From Verrucomicrobiota bacterium (lineage in GTDB: Bacteria; Verrucomicrobiota; Verrucomicrobiia; Limisphaerales; AAA164-E04), in the NCBI GenBank assembly GCA_047947115.1, contig CP170459.1:5824001-5888000 (forward strand): DNA of 64,000 nucleotides, in the 5' to 3' direction. The notes under the pieces are model-generated. The model had not been told where the DNA came from and searched no databases. It saw only the letters and a list, made by a program, of their open reading frames with translations. A program made the position numbers and the translations under genes. Positions within the stretch are counted from its first letter, which is position 1; each line of letters begins with the position of its first letter. Of the stretch, positions 52,277-61,916 are shown in pieces.

Positions 52277-52594
52277 AATTGTCTAAATGATCATATGCTC
52301 TATAAAGGGTAAATAACCCACAAGTCGAAACTACTCTTTTTACTCAAGTTAACTCTCCTTTTTTTGCGTTTTACTGAAACAATATTTGTGAAATGAAGCA
52401 CTATGGAAAACACGTGTTTCTCATGTGCATTTGACAGAATGAAGCTGACCGCCACACGAAAAGCTTTACTAATAAGGCAAATTGAAACGGCTTATCAAAT
52501 CTTTGCTACCATCAATTTTTGTTGTCACGTCACCTATTTTTGTTCAACATGGTTCCACTAACAGATAAAAGAGACTGAGCAAAAGTTTTCGACC

Positions 52595-53512
52595 ATGGAC
52601 AGCAAAGATGTGATGATGGAGGAGAACTTCCGGGAACAGGACAAGTGCCTTACCGAGGCGCTGTTGGAGTCCAATGTTTTCAAGGAGTTCGAGAAGTCGT
52701 TCACCGAAGCCAGTGGGATGCCCCTGGCATTACGCCCCAAGGAGTGTTGGCAACTGCCGCTTCACGGCAAGGAGAATGAAAGCCCTTTCTGTAGCCTGAT
52801 GGCTGAGGCCAGCAAGACTTGTGCATGCTGCCTCCAGCATCAACAAAAGATCATCGACGATTGCAATGGCGCCCCTCTGACATTGGATTGCCCACACGGA
52901 TTGAGTGATACAGCGGTTCCGGTAAAGCTGGGAAATCGCACCATTGCCTTCCTGCAGACAGGCCATGTTTTCCAGAGAAAACCGAGCAAGGCCCAATTGG
53001 ACCGCATGTCCAACCAAATGGAGGAATGGGGAATCGACTTTGACAAGGAAAAGCTCAGCAAAGCTTATCACGACACCAAGGTCATCGGCAAAAAGCAGTA
53101 TGACGCGATGATTACCATGATGAAGTTGTTCGCCGAGTACCTGTCGGTACTTAGCAATCAAATCGCGGTGCGCCAGAACAACGCTGAACCAGTTTTCATT
53201 GTGAAAGCCAAGCAATTCATTTCCGAACACTATTCGGAACCTCTTTCCCTGGAGCAAGTAGCCAAGGCTGTGAACACCAGTTCGTTTTACTTCTGCAAGA
53301 TGTTCAAACGCATTACGGGTCTGAACTTTACAGAATACGTATCAAGGGTTCGCATCGAACGTGCAAAGAACCTGCTCCTCAATCCCAATCTGAGAATCAG
53401 CGAAATTGCCTTTGAAGTGGGATTTCAGTCATTAACCCATTTCAACCGAGTTTTCAGAAAGATGGTGGGGTTGTCCCCAACCGATTACCGCGGAAAACTT
53501 CCGGTCAGTTGA
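52595..53512 (+). CDS. AraC-family regulator with PocR-type Cys-rich sensor domain
   Basis: FC...TCACC...CPHGL...AVPV N-terminus; C-terminal ISEIAFEVGFQSLTHFNRVFRK. Confidence 0.9.
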   Translation: MDSKDVMMEENFREQDKCLTEALLESNVFKEFEKSFTEASGMPLALRPKECWQLPLHGKENESPFCSLMAEASKTCACCLQHQQKIIDDCNGAPLTLDCPHGLSDTAVPVKLGNRTIAFLQTGHVFQRKPSKAQLDRMSNQMEEWGIDFDKEKLSKAYHDTKVIGKKQYDAMITMMKLFAEYLSVLSNQIAVRQNNAEPVFIVKAKQFISEHYSEPLSLEQVAKAVNTSSFYFCKMFKRITGLNFTEYVSRVRIERAKNLLLNPNLRISEIAFEVGFQSLTHFNRVFRKMVGLSPTDYRGKLPVS

Positions 53513-54406
53513 TCAATACACAACAGCGCGAACACCTGTTTTCTTGGAGATGGCCTGGGCAATTGCCGACAAGTTGTTCAACTTCAAATGACCAACCTCG
53601 GTGTTCCATACTGGACGTGTGGCAGAGTATATCTGCACCGAGGCGATTTTCGCGCCTTCTTTGCGCAGCTCGCAAATCCTTGCAATCAGTTGATCGACCT
53701 CTTTGGGAGTCGGCCCAACTCCGTTGATCGCCGTCTGAAGACTCTGAATAACGACTGGACGTTTCTTGGCAACTCCCAGAATCCCCTGTAATAGAGCGTC
53801 CAATTTTTCTGAGGTACCGTTGATTTTCTGAAAGCGCTCCTGATCCCCTACATCCAGTTTGACCCACACTTCGTCCTGGCGATCCTCCAGAAGTTCAATT
53901 CCGTTGGCCACGTCTTCTTCCATTAATTTCGATGCGTTGGAGATCAATACCAGTTTGAAAAAAGGAAACATGCGCAAAGCGCGAAAATGAACCAATGACT
54001 GGACCACTTCCAGAAAATTAGGACTCAGGGTAGGTTCACCATCTCCACTGAGTGAAATGTGCTTCAGTTCCAACAATCCTTCCGGAAGTTGATGATAATA
54101 AGGACGCCGATGCAGCTTGCGCGTACTGACCATGGTCATGACATCACGCAATTCATTCATCATCTTCTCAATGTCCACAGGAAGCTCCAGCCCCGTCACT
54201 CGATTTGGCACCTCACAGTACAAGCAATTAAAATTACAGCAGCGTGTGGGGTTCAAATTGACTCCAATGGACAAGCCCCCAGCTCTGGGAGATATGACGG
54301 TGTAAACGTAGCGCCGCTCATCAAAATCTCGAGCACAACCAAAGGCGGTACAGGAAGCAGGTTTTGGCTTCGCGGCCGGGGCTATCGAATCTACAATGGA
54401 TGACAT
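53513..54406 (-). CDS. Radical SAM protein (COG0731-like)
   Basis: CNFNCLYC, SGDGEPT, KLDVG. Confidence 0.9.
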   Translation of the reverse strand: MSSIVDSIAPAAKPKPASCTAFGCARDFDERRYVYTVISPRAGGLSIGVNLNPTRCCNFNCLYCEVPNRVTGLELPVDIEKMMNELRDVMTMVSTRKLHRRPYYHQLPEGLLELKHISLSGDGEPTLSPNFLEVVQSLVHFRALRMFPFFKLVLISNASKLMEEDVANGIELLEDRQDEVWVKLDVGDQERFQKINGTSEKLDALLQGILGVAKKRPVVIQSLQTAINGVGPTPKEVDQLIARICELRKEGAKIASVQIYSATRPVWNTEVGHLKLNNLSAIAQAISKKTGVRAVVY

Positions 54407-54474
54407 AATGGTGGCGCTGGGATTTTATGTTGAAAGGAGGCGATACCTGATGTGAGAAACTTTCAGACAATTCC

Positions 54475-55020
54475 TTATGAGTCCTGATCGGCATCTTCCT
54501 CCTCGTCCAAAGAAATGAATTCATGCTCCTTTTCCCGAACCACCAAAACAGGACAGGTCGCATGACGAATCACGCGTTCCGCAACACTTCCCAAAAGGAG
54601 ATGTTTGAATCCGGTATATCCGTGTGTGGATATAATAATCAAATCAGTGTTGGTTTCCTTGGCTGTGTCGGATACCACCTGAAAAGGATGGCCCGTTTTC
54701 ACCAGACATTCCACGGAGGTTTCCGCAGAAAAATGAGCCTTCTCTTTCAGACGTTCCAATTGTTTGCCAGCAGCCTCTTCAGCCTTCCCCTCATCCCATA
54801 CCAGCGGCCCATAAACAAGGTCGGGAGCTGCAACCGGAACAAGCACGTGCAGCAAAATGACTTTGGAATGAAATACCTGCGCCAGTGAACGGGCATACTG
54901 GATGGCTCGATAGGATTCATGTGAGAAATCGGTCGGTACAAGGATCGAATGCAGATGTACGGGCGATTTGATCGACTCATCAGTCATTATGGATCCAGCT
55001 TGGTTTTCAGTATCACTCAT
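54475..55020 (-). CDS. Universal stress protein
   Basis: ILVPTDFS, STHGYTG, LGSVAERVIRHATCPVLVV. Confidence 0.95.
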   Translation of the reverse strand: MSDTENQAGSIMTDESIKSPVHLHSILVPTDFSHESYRAIQYARSLAQVFHSKVILLHVLVPVAAPDLVYGPLVWDEGKAEEAAGKQLERLKEKAHFSAETSVECLVKTGHPFQVVSDTAKETNTDLIIISTHGYTGFKHLLLGSVAERVIRHATCPVLVVREKEHEFISLDEEEDADQDS

Positions 55021-55330
55021 GGCTTTGTCCTTTCTGATTCAACTGTGATCCAAAATCGCCAATCAATCCCTACATACCTTGGTCAACAGTAACCGAAAAT
55101 TGGCACCGAATGGTTCAAAATCTGAACAAAACCACCGTTAACCGCAACGATACCTAAAGCAACACTACCCCAGAAAAACAATGCTAACCACTTGTTATTA
55201 ATACATTAAAAACAAATCCATCTAAATACAAAACATACCCTCCCCACGGAATGCCAATACCTTGATGAAAGAAGCAAAGTTAGCTGCACTCATTATGGAA
55301 ATTCTGTTTGTAAATGGAGATAATTTCCAC

Positions 55331-56821
55331 CTAAGCCTTTAGCACCTCAAACCTATGTTCCAAATAGCGGGCATGATAGCCTGGCCGAGTTGTCTGCCCC
55401 GTAGCGGATTGCATCAGTTCCGCCGGCTCGTAACGGCGCCCGTGACGATGCACCTTTTCGCGCAGCCAAGCCAATATCTCAGCATAATGCCCATCTTGAA
55501 GAACGGCCGCAGGTGTACCCAAATCGCTTTGAGCAGCCGAAAACAATTGGGCGGAATTAAGATTGCCCAAAGTATAGGTTGGAAAATAACCGAATCCACC
55601 CATACTCCAATGAATATCCTGCAAACACCCACGCGCATCATCCGGCACTTCCAATCCAAACATGGACCGGAAACGCTCGTTCCATGCAGCTGGCACATCC
55701 TCCACTTTCAAATCCCCCGAAAGCAGATCCTTCTCCATCTCAAATCTCAAAATGATATGCAGATCATAGGTGACCTCATCCGCTTCCACTCGAATAAAGG
55801 AAGGAGAAACACGATTAACCGCCAGAGTGAGGTCTTCGGGTGTCCACTTTTTCAATGCCGGCAGGCATTCACAGGCTATCTCATACCAATCCTGCCAAAA
55901 CGCCGGATCACGTCCGATTTTGTTTTCCCAGAGTCGCGACTGCGATTCATGGATCCCCAATGATACCGCCTCTGACATGGGAGTGCCGGCATGCACAGGC
56001 AAAAATCCCTGCTCATACAAACCATGCCCGACTTCGTGTAATACGCTGTAAAACGATTCGGTGAAATCCAATTCATTGTAGCGGGTCGTCAGACGCACAT
56101 CATGAGGCCCCAGATCCGTACAAAATGGATGAGTGGTGGCGTCAATCCTGCCCGCTTCAAAATCAAATCCCATGGCCCGCGCTACCATCTCGTTGAACTT
56201 TTTTTGACCTTCCAACGGATAAAACCCCTGAAGATAGTCCGATGAAATCCTCCTGGTGACATCCATGGCTTCGGGGAGCAACTTGACGATAAACTCCTTC
56301 AACTTTGAAAAGACCGGTGACAAATCCTCACTGGTGCAGCTGGGCTCATAAACATCCAGCAAGGCGTCGTAAGGATTCTTTTGGTATCCATAGTAATCCG
56401 CCTTTTGACGGGACATCTCGACCAGTTTGGACAGATGATTTGAAAAAAGTTCAAATGAACTTTTACGACGCGCCTCCGCCCAGGCCGCTTTCGCGAGTGC
56501 ACATTCTTTTTCGAAGGATTCCACAAATTCGGTGGGCAATTTCACTGCACGATCTCGGTCACGACGCCAGGCCGACACATTGGCGTTTTGAAACGGATCC
56601 AGAGAACCTGATTCCGATTCACAAGACTCGATCCAATCCCCCACCTGTTGAGAGATCAAACGCTCATGAGACAAACCACTCAAAAACGCCTGCTGATCGG
56701 CTCGAAAAGCGACCCCCTTGGATGGCAGGTAGGTCTCATGATCCCAATCGAGCAAGGCGATGGTCTTATTGAGATAAGAGGTTTGCAAGAAATGACTGCG
56801 TAACTGGTCATAGGTTTTCAT
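55331..56821 (-). CDS. Carboxypeptidase M32 (Taq-like)
   Basis: HPF, HEVGH, HESQS, IRVEAD, GCLQDIHW, GYFPTY. Confidence 0.96.
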   Translation of the reverse strand: MKTYDQLRSHFLQTSYLNKTIALLDWDHETYLPSKGVAFRADQQAFLSGLSHERLISQQVGDWIESCESESGSLDPFQNANVSAWRRDRDRAVKLPTEFVESFEKECALAKAAWAEARRKSSFELFSNHLSKLVEMSRQKADYYGYQKNPYDALLDVYEPSCTSEDLSPVFSKLKEFIVKLLPEAMDVTRRISSDYLQGFYPLEGQKKFNEMVARAMGFDFEAGRIDATTHPFCTDLGPHDVRLTTRYNELDFTESFYSVLHEVGHGLYEQGFLPVHAGTPMSEAVSLGIHESQSRLWENKIGRDPAFWQDWYEIACECLPALKKWTPEDLTLAVNRVSPSFIRVEADEVTYDLHIILRFEMEKDLLSGDLKVEDVPAAWNERFRSMFGLEVPDDARGCLQDIHWSMGGFGYFPTYTLGNLNSAQLFSAAQSDLGTPAAVLQDGHYAEILAWLREKVHRHGRRYEPAELMQSATGQTTRPGYHARYLEHRFEVLKA

Positions 56822-56940
56822 GGAGAAAACCTAAACAAAGTCATCACGCGATAGCCACCCAAATCCCCATCAAAATCTTGGAACCACCCCTCAACACCTT
56901 TTTCGCTTTTCGGAACCGCTCTCAACCGTATGATTTCCCC

Positions 56941-57933
56941 ATGCATTCACCAAAATCCGGGCAATCCCTTGGGAAGAGCTGCCAGCCGAGCATGGATCGA
57001 CGCACCTTCATGGCTCAAAGCAGTCTTGGTCTGGCTGGATTACTGACCAGCACCCACCAACGATTCGCGGAAGCAGCATCCGGCGCCACCCGCTTTCAAT
57101 TACACTACTGCCTGCCATCCTGCATGTATGGCAAACTTTCGCTCGAAGAAATCCTACCGGAAATAGAACAGATTGGAGCCAGCTGCATTGATCTCTGGCC
57201 CAAGCCCCATGGAGATCAGCGCGAGCAAGCCGATGCGATGGGATGGGATACACTGCGTGCCAGCCTGAACGAAAGAAAAGCAACACTCGGCTGTTTGACC
57301 CGTTACGACCTGGGCCCCTTCGGCCTCAATGATGAACTGAAGCTGGCCGGGAAAATGAAATGCCCGCTGATTGTTACCGGTGGCAAAGGACCGGTGGGGC
57401 TGTCGGGCCAGGACCTCAAAAAGGCCGTGGGCGAGTTTGTCGAAAAACTCAAACCCCACCTGGAAGTGGCCGCCGCCAACGAGGTGACCATCGCCATTGA
57501 AAACCACGGCAACAATTTGATCCACACCGCCGACTCCCTTCGATGGTTGGCTGAGCTTGCCCCCAACCAACACCTGGGCATTGCACTGGCGCCCTATCAC
57601 CTCGAAACACTCGGACTGGATGAACAAGATTTGGCGGCGCTGATTCGGGATATCGGATCGCATCTTTCCATGTTTTACGCTTGGCAACACGGAAAGGGAT
57701 GCATGACCAAGCTTCCCAAGGAAGAAGAACTCCTTCAAATGCCCGGACGTGGTGATCTGGATTTCACCCCGATCCTTGCCGCCCTCAAATCCATTCAATA
57801 CAGGGGCCTGACGGAAATCTTCATGCATCCGGTGCCACGAGGAATCCCTATATTGCCCACAGCAAAGGAAGTGACAAAGGAGATCAATCTGGCGAGAACT
57901 TACTTGGAATCGCGGCTAAATCAGATTCAATAG
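56941..57933 (+). CDS. Sugar phosphate isomerase/epimerase (TIM barrel) with Tat-like signal; start uncertain
   Basis: DRRTFM, IAIENH, PGRGDLDF. Confidence 0.82.
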   Translation: MHSPKSGQSLGKSCQPSMDRRTFMAQSSLGLAGLLTSTHQRFAEAASGATRFQLHYCLPSCMYGKLSLEEILPEIEQIGASCIDLWPKPHGDQREQADAMGWDTLRASLNERKATLGCLTRYDLGPFGLNDELKLAGKMKCPLIVTGGKGPVGLSGQDLKKAVGEFVEKLKPHLEVAAANEVTIAIENHGNNLIHTADSLRWLAELAPNQHLGIALAPYHLETLGLDEQDLAALIRDIGSHLSMFYAWQHGKGCMTKLPKEEELLQMPGRGDLDFTPILAALKSIQYRGLTEIFMHPVPRGIPILPTAKEVTKEINLARTYLESRLNQIQ

Positions 57934-57937
57934 AGCC

Positions 57938-58516
57938 ATGCAACACAAAGTGCTCATCATTATCGGCGACGCCAGCGAAACCGTCGACACACTTTACCCT
58001 TACTACCGATTGATCGAGGGAGGCTATCAACCCGTGGTCGCCGGCCCTGAAGTGCATCGTTACAACATGGTCATGCACGAAGTCAAACCCGGCTGGACCA
58101 TCACGCGCGAATGGGAAGGCTACACCATTCAATCCGACATTGCCTTCCGCGATGTGAACCCCGAGGAATACCTGGGCATTTTCTTCAGCGGAGGCCGGGC
58201 ACCCGAATACATCCGCTATGACAAACACCTCGTGAAGATGACCCAACATTTCTTCGAAACCAACAAACCGGTGGCAAGCGTCTGCCATGGCGTGGAAATC
58301 CCCGCCTATGCTGACTGCGTCCGGGGACGCAAAATGGCCACCGTCCCCAAATGCCAGTTTGATCTGGAAGTGTGCGGTGGCACCTTTGTCAACGAAGCGT
58401 GTGTCGTGGACGGCAACCTGGTCAGCGGTCGCACCTATCATGATCACGGACATTACATGGGGGTCTGGATGAAGATGCTGGACGAAGCCCGTTCCAAACT
58501 GGAAGCAAATTCATAA
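57938..58516 (+). CDS. DJ-1/PfpI family protein
   Basis: GGRAPEY, SVCHG, VVDGNLVSGR. Confidence 0.93.
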   Translation: MQHKVLIIIGDASETVDTLYPYYRLIEGGYQPVVAGPEVHRYNMVMHEVKPGWTITREWEGYTIQSDIAFRDVNPEEYLGIFFSGGRAPEYIRYDKHLVKMTQHFFETNKPVASVCHGVEIPAYADCVRGRKMATVPKCQFDLEVCGGTFVNEACVVDGNLVSGRTYHDHGHYMGVWMKMLDEARSKLEANS

Positions 58517-58570
58517 TTTCACAAACCATCGCCAAGGAATAAAGATAGATTCCAAAAGAAAGGATCAAAC

Positions 58571-59638
58571 ATGGGATTATTCGATTTTGTAAAAGGACAA
58601 TTACTGGAAATCATTGACTGGGATGACGATTCAAGGGACACCCTCTCCTATCGTTTCCCCGACGATGACAGGGAAATCAAGCGCGGCGCCCAACTGATTG
58701 TCCGCGAATCGCAAATGGTGCAATTCGTTTACCTGGGCGAATTCGGCGACACCTTCCAACCGGGCAAACACACCCTCACCACCGACAACATCCCTCTCCT
58801 CACCACGCTGAAATCGTGGAAATACGGATTCGAATCCCCTTTCAAAGCCGACGTCTACTACGTTGTCACCCGCGCCTTTACCGGGAACAAATGGGGCACG
58901 TCCAATCCGGTGATGATGCGGGATCAGGACTTTGGCATCGTACGTGTTCGAGCTTTCGGCACCTATGATTTCAAAATCACCAACCCGCGCCTGTTCCTCA
59001 AGGAAGTCGCCGGAACCGACCATCACTTCCGCCTGAATGAATTCGAAGAGACTATGCGATCCCGAATCGTCAGCGTTTTCAGCGAAGCACTTGCCGAATC
59101 CAACATACCGGTGCTCGATGTGGCTTCGCGCTATTCCGAATTGGGCGAGTCATTGTTGCCTCTGATCAATGCGGTCATGACCGCCAAATACGGACTGGAG
59201 TTCACCTCCTTTGTCGTTGAAAACGTTTCCGTTCCCAAAGACGTGGAAGAGGCCATCGACAAGCGCTCCAGCATGTCGGCAGTCGGCAACCTCAACGACT
59301 TTGTCAAATTCCAGATGGCTCAGGGCATGGAACGTGGCCAGAGCGGAGCCGGCGGCATGGCTACGGAAATGGCGGTTGGCATGGCTCTCGCCCAACAGAT
59401 GATGCAACAACAAGGATTCATGCCACAAGGCGCCGGAGCAGCCCCGGTGCAGGGACAAGCTTCCGCTCCTGCCGGATTGAATTTCAACCTGCTCAACCCC
59501 GCCCAGGCAGCCCAGGCGCTTGGGGTCACAGAGGAGGATGTTATGGCTGAAATTGAAAGTGGTTCCCTGAAAGCGCGTAAAATCGGATCCAGCTACCGGA
59601 TCACCAAAGACGCGCTCGAAGCATTTCTAAACGGATAA
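58571..59638 (+). CDS. SPFH-domain protein (YdjI-like) with C-terminal excisionase-type HTH
   Basis: LIVRESQ, KWGT, RAFGTY; tail QAAQALGVTEEDVMAEIESGSLKARKIGSSYRI. Confidence 0.85.
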   Translation: MGLFDFVKGQLLEIIDWDDDSRDTLSYRFPDDDREIKRGAQLIVRESQMVQFVYLGEFGDTFQPGKHTLTTDNIPLLTTLKSWKYGFESPFKADVYYVVTRAFTGNKWGTSNPVMMRDQDFGIVRVRAFGTYDFKITNPRLFLKEVAGTDHHFRLNEFEETMRSRIVSVFSEALAESNIPVLDVASRYSELGESLLPLINAVMTAKYGLEFTSFVVENVSVPKDVEEAIDKRSSMSAVGNLNDFVKFQMAQGMERGQSGAGGMATEMAVGMALAQQMMQQQGFMPQGAGAAPVQGQASAPAGLNFNLLNPAQAAQALGVTEEDVMAEIESGSLKARKIGSSYRITKDALEAFLNG

Positions 59639-59647
59639 CGACGCTTC

Positions 59648-60745
59648 ATGGCCGAACGCACCGCGCATCAAAAACACAGCTGCCCGGCTTGTGGAGCTGA
59701 AGCCCAATGGAATCCATCCAAACAGGCCTTGGTCTGTATTTACTGCGGCACCGAAGCTCCGGGTGAACTCGACGAAAAAACCGGACAAATCAAGGAAAAC
59801 GACTTGATCGCGGCGATGCGCGCCGTCTCAAAAGATTCGCAGGGTTGGAAAACGGAAAGGAAATCCGTCAAATGCCAAAGCTGCCAGGCCATCTCCGTAT
59901 TCGAACCCAACCAGATCGGCAAAACCTGCGACTTTTGCGGATCCGCACAACTCATTCCCCACGATCAGGCACAAGCGCCCATTCAACCGGAAAGTCTGCT
60001 CCCCTTTTCAGTCGATGAAACACGCGTCAGGGAAGACATGCGCAAATGGTATCGATCCCGCTGGTTTGCGCCCAACAAGCTCAAGCAAAAGGCATTCACC
60101 GACACCGTCCATGGAGTTTACCTCCCCTATTGGACCTTTGACGCGCAAGTCCACGCCAACTGGACAGCCCAGAGCGGCTACTATTACTACACCACAGAAA
60201 CCTACCGTGACTCAAATGGCAACACACGCACACGCCGCAAACGACATACGCGCTGGAAACGATCCTCTGGATCCATCAGCCATTTTTTCGATGACGAACT
60301 TGTGCCCGGAACCAAAGGGGTCGATCTCAACTTGCTGCGTAAAATTGAACCCTTCCCGACCAAACAACTGAAACCTTACGACCCTGGTTTCCTTTCGGGC
60401 TGGACGGTTGAACAATACCAGATCGACCTGGTAGCTGCCGCTCAAAAATCCCGTGATCGTATGGATGGAAAAGTCCGCTCCATGTGCGCCAGCGATGTCC
60501 CCGGGGACACCCATCGATTCCTGCAAGTCGACGCCCATTACAGCGAACAAACCTTCAAACACATCCTCACACCCGTCTGGCTGCTGACTTACCGCTACCG
60601 CACCAAAATTTACCAGGTCCTGATCAACGGCTACACCGGTGAAATCGCCGGCAATTACCCGAAGAGCTTCTGGAAAATCTTCTTCCTCGTCATCTTCCTT
60701 GCGACAATCGGCGGACTGATCGCCTTTTTCGTGAATCAAAGGTAA
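59648..60745 (+). CDS. Zinc-ribbon membrane-anchored protein
   Basis: CPAC, CIYC, CQSC, CDFC; YLPYWTFD, INGYTGEI; C-terminal TM. Confidence 0.85.
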   Translation: MAERTAHQKHSCPACGAEAQWNPSKQALVCIYCGTEAPGELDEKTGQIKENDLIAAMRAVSKDSQGWKTERKSVKCQSCQAISVFEPNQIGKTCDFCGSAQLIPHDQAQAPIQPESLLPFSVDETRVREDMRKWYRSRWFAPNKLKQKAFTDTVHGVYLPYWTFDAQVHANWTAQSGYYYYTTETYRDSNGNTRTRRKRHTRWKRSSGSISHFFDDELVPGTKGVDLNLLRKIEPFPTKQLKPYDPGFLSGWTVEQYQIDLVAAAQKSRDRMDGKVRSMCASDVPGDTHRFLQVDAHYSEQTFKHILTPVWLLTYRYRTKIYQVLINGYTGEIAGNYPKSFWKIFFLVIFLATIGGLIAFFVNQR

Positions 60746-61189
60746 ACGTGTGCATGTGGTTTGTAACCGCGGATTAAGCAGATGATCGCAGATGAAGAAG
60801 GGGCGCACTTTGCCACCGGGACCATTGTAATCGTTCGCAACATACCAAGTCAGCTAGCACCTTGAAGCTGATTATATGACTAAATCTGGGAAAGTTTGCG
60901 CAATCTCAAAGATCGCGCCTCGCTGCGATGCATTTCATATCTTCAAAACCTCGGGCTAGGTTTGGTTCAATTTCCTGATGGGGGATTGATCCAAGGCCTT
61001 CCAGGCGCGATCGGTGTCTTCATACCAGCCTTTGAATACATCATCTACTGAAAGCATGATGGTTGGACGCGTTCCCACAATACGAATACGCCGCCCCCCT
61101 CTCATCATACGAATATCTACTTCATGTTCCGAAAACAACTTCATCGCCCGCAAGCCTACCCGGCCCCATTGGACAAATATGGTCCAATG

Positions 61190-61471
61190 ACAAACTTTTA
61201 GATGGTGAATTTAAAAGGGTGAATAGTGAATTGTTGGTGGCAGGTGACGAATCTTACCGCAGCTCCCACCAGGTAGAGCGTGGCGCAATCCTCATGGCTC
61301 CCATCCCCTGCTTCTCACCCCTCAAGGGAAAACCCTACAACACCCAAAAACCCCATCGGCATCGCTTTCGCTAGCGGGGCGGATCGATCCGATCTACCTA
61401 CCCGCTCACCACGTTACAAACAATTCACCATTCTAAATTCACTATTTACTATTTAAAAGTTCACCCTTTGA
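61190..61471. repeat. Repeat element bounded by inward-facing heptamer arrays (copy 1)
   Basis: GGTGAAT/AGTGAAT-type arrays at 61190-61235 (+) and 61419-61471 (-); core shared with 63631-63783. Confidence 0.7.
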
Positions 61472-61891
61472 ATTCCGAAACCACCTCCGATCAACCCACC
61501 ACATCCCCCCCGCTCCAATGGCATACGACACCAGATCGGACCACAGAAAACCTTGCCCGAGAATAAAATTAAAGGGAACCGTATGGCGTATTTGATTGAT
61601 CCAGGGAGCCTGATACAACTGGGAAAACTCCACCAAACAGGAAAGCACATAGGTGATCAAAAACATCTGATTGGGTCCCATGCTACGCCTCCATAACAAT
61701 ACAAACCCGTAGAGCGCCGCAGCCCACAACGCATCTCCCCCGTAAAGCAACATCCAATCAGGCGACCAAGGCCTTGCGAAGGTCCTGGAAGCCAGACCAA
61801 TGCCCAACACAAGTAACCATATCAGGATCAGCCGGGAAATGTTCAAATCACTCGTTTTGAGAGGATCAGGATCAGAGGTTGCGTTTGTCAT
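61442..61891 (-). CDS. DUF2809 membrane protein (start trimmed to MTNATS)
   Basis: GDALWA, VEFSQLYQAPW, LGQGFLWSDL. Confidence 0.85.
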   Translation of the reverse strand: MTNATSDPDPLKTSDLNISRLILIWLLVLGIGLASRTFARPWSPDWMLLYGGDALWAAALYGFVLLWRRSMGPNQMFLITYVLSCLVEFSQLYQAPWINQIRHTVPFNFILGQGFLWSDLVSYAIGAGGMWWVDRRWFRNSKGELLNSK

Positions 61892-61916
61892 CAAGGTTTG
61901 ATTATAAAAGGTGCTT

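Noticed and set aside
52482..52499. FNR-box-like TTGAA...ATCAA upstream of ccoG
   Set aside because: The spacer is 7 nt rather than 4.
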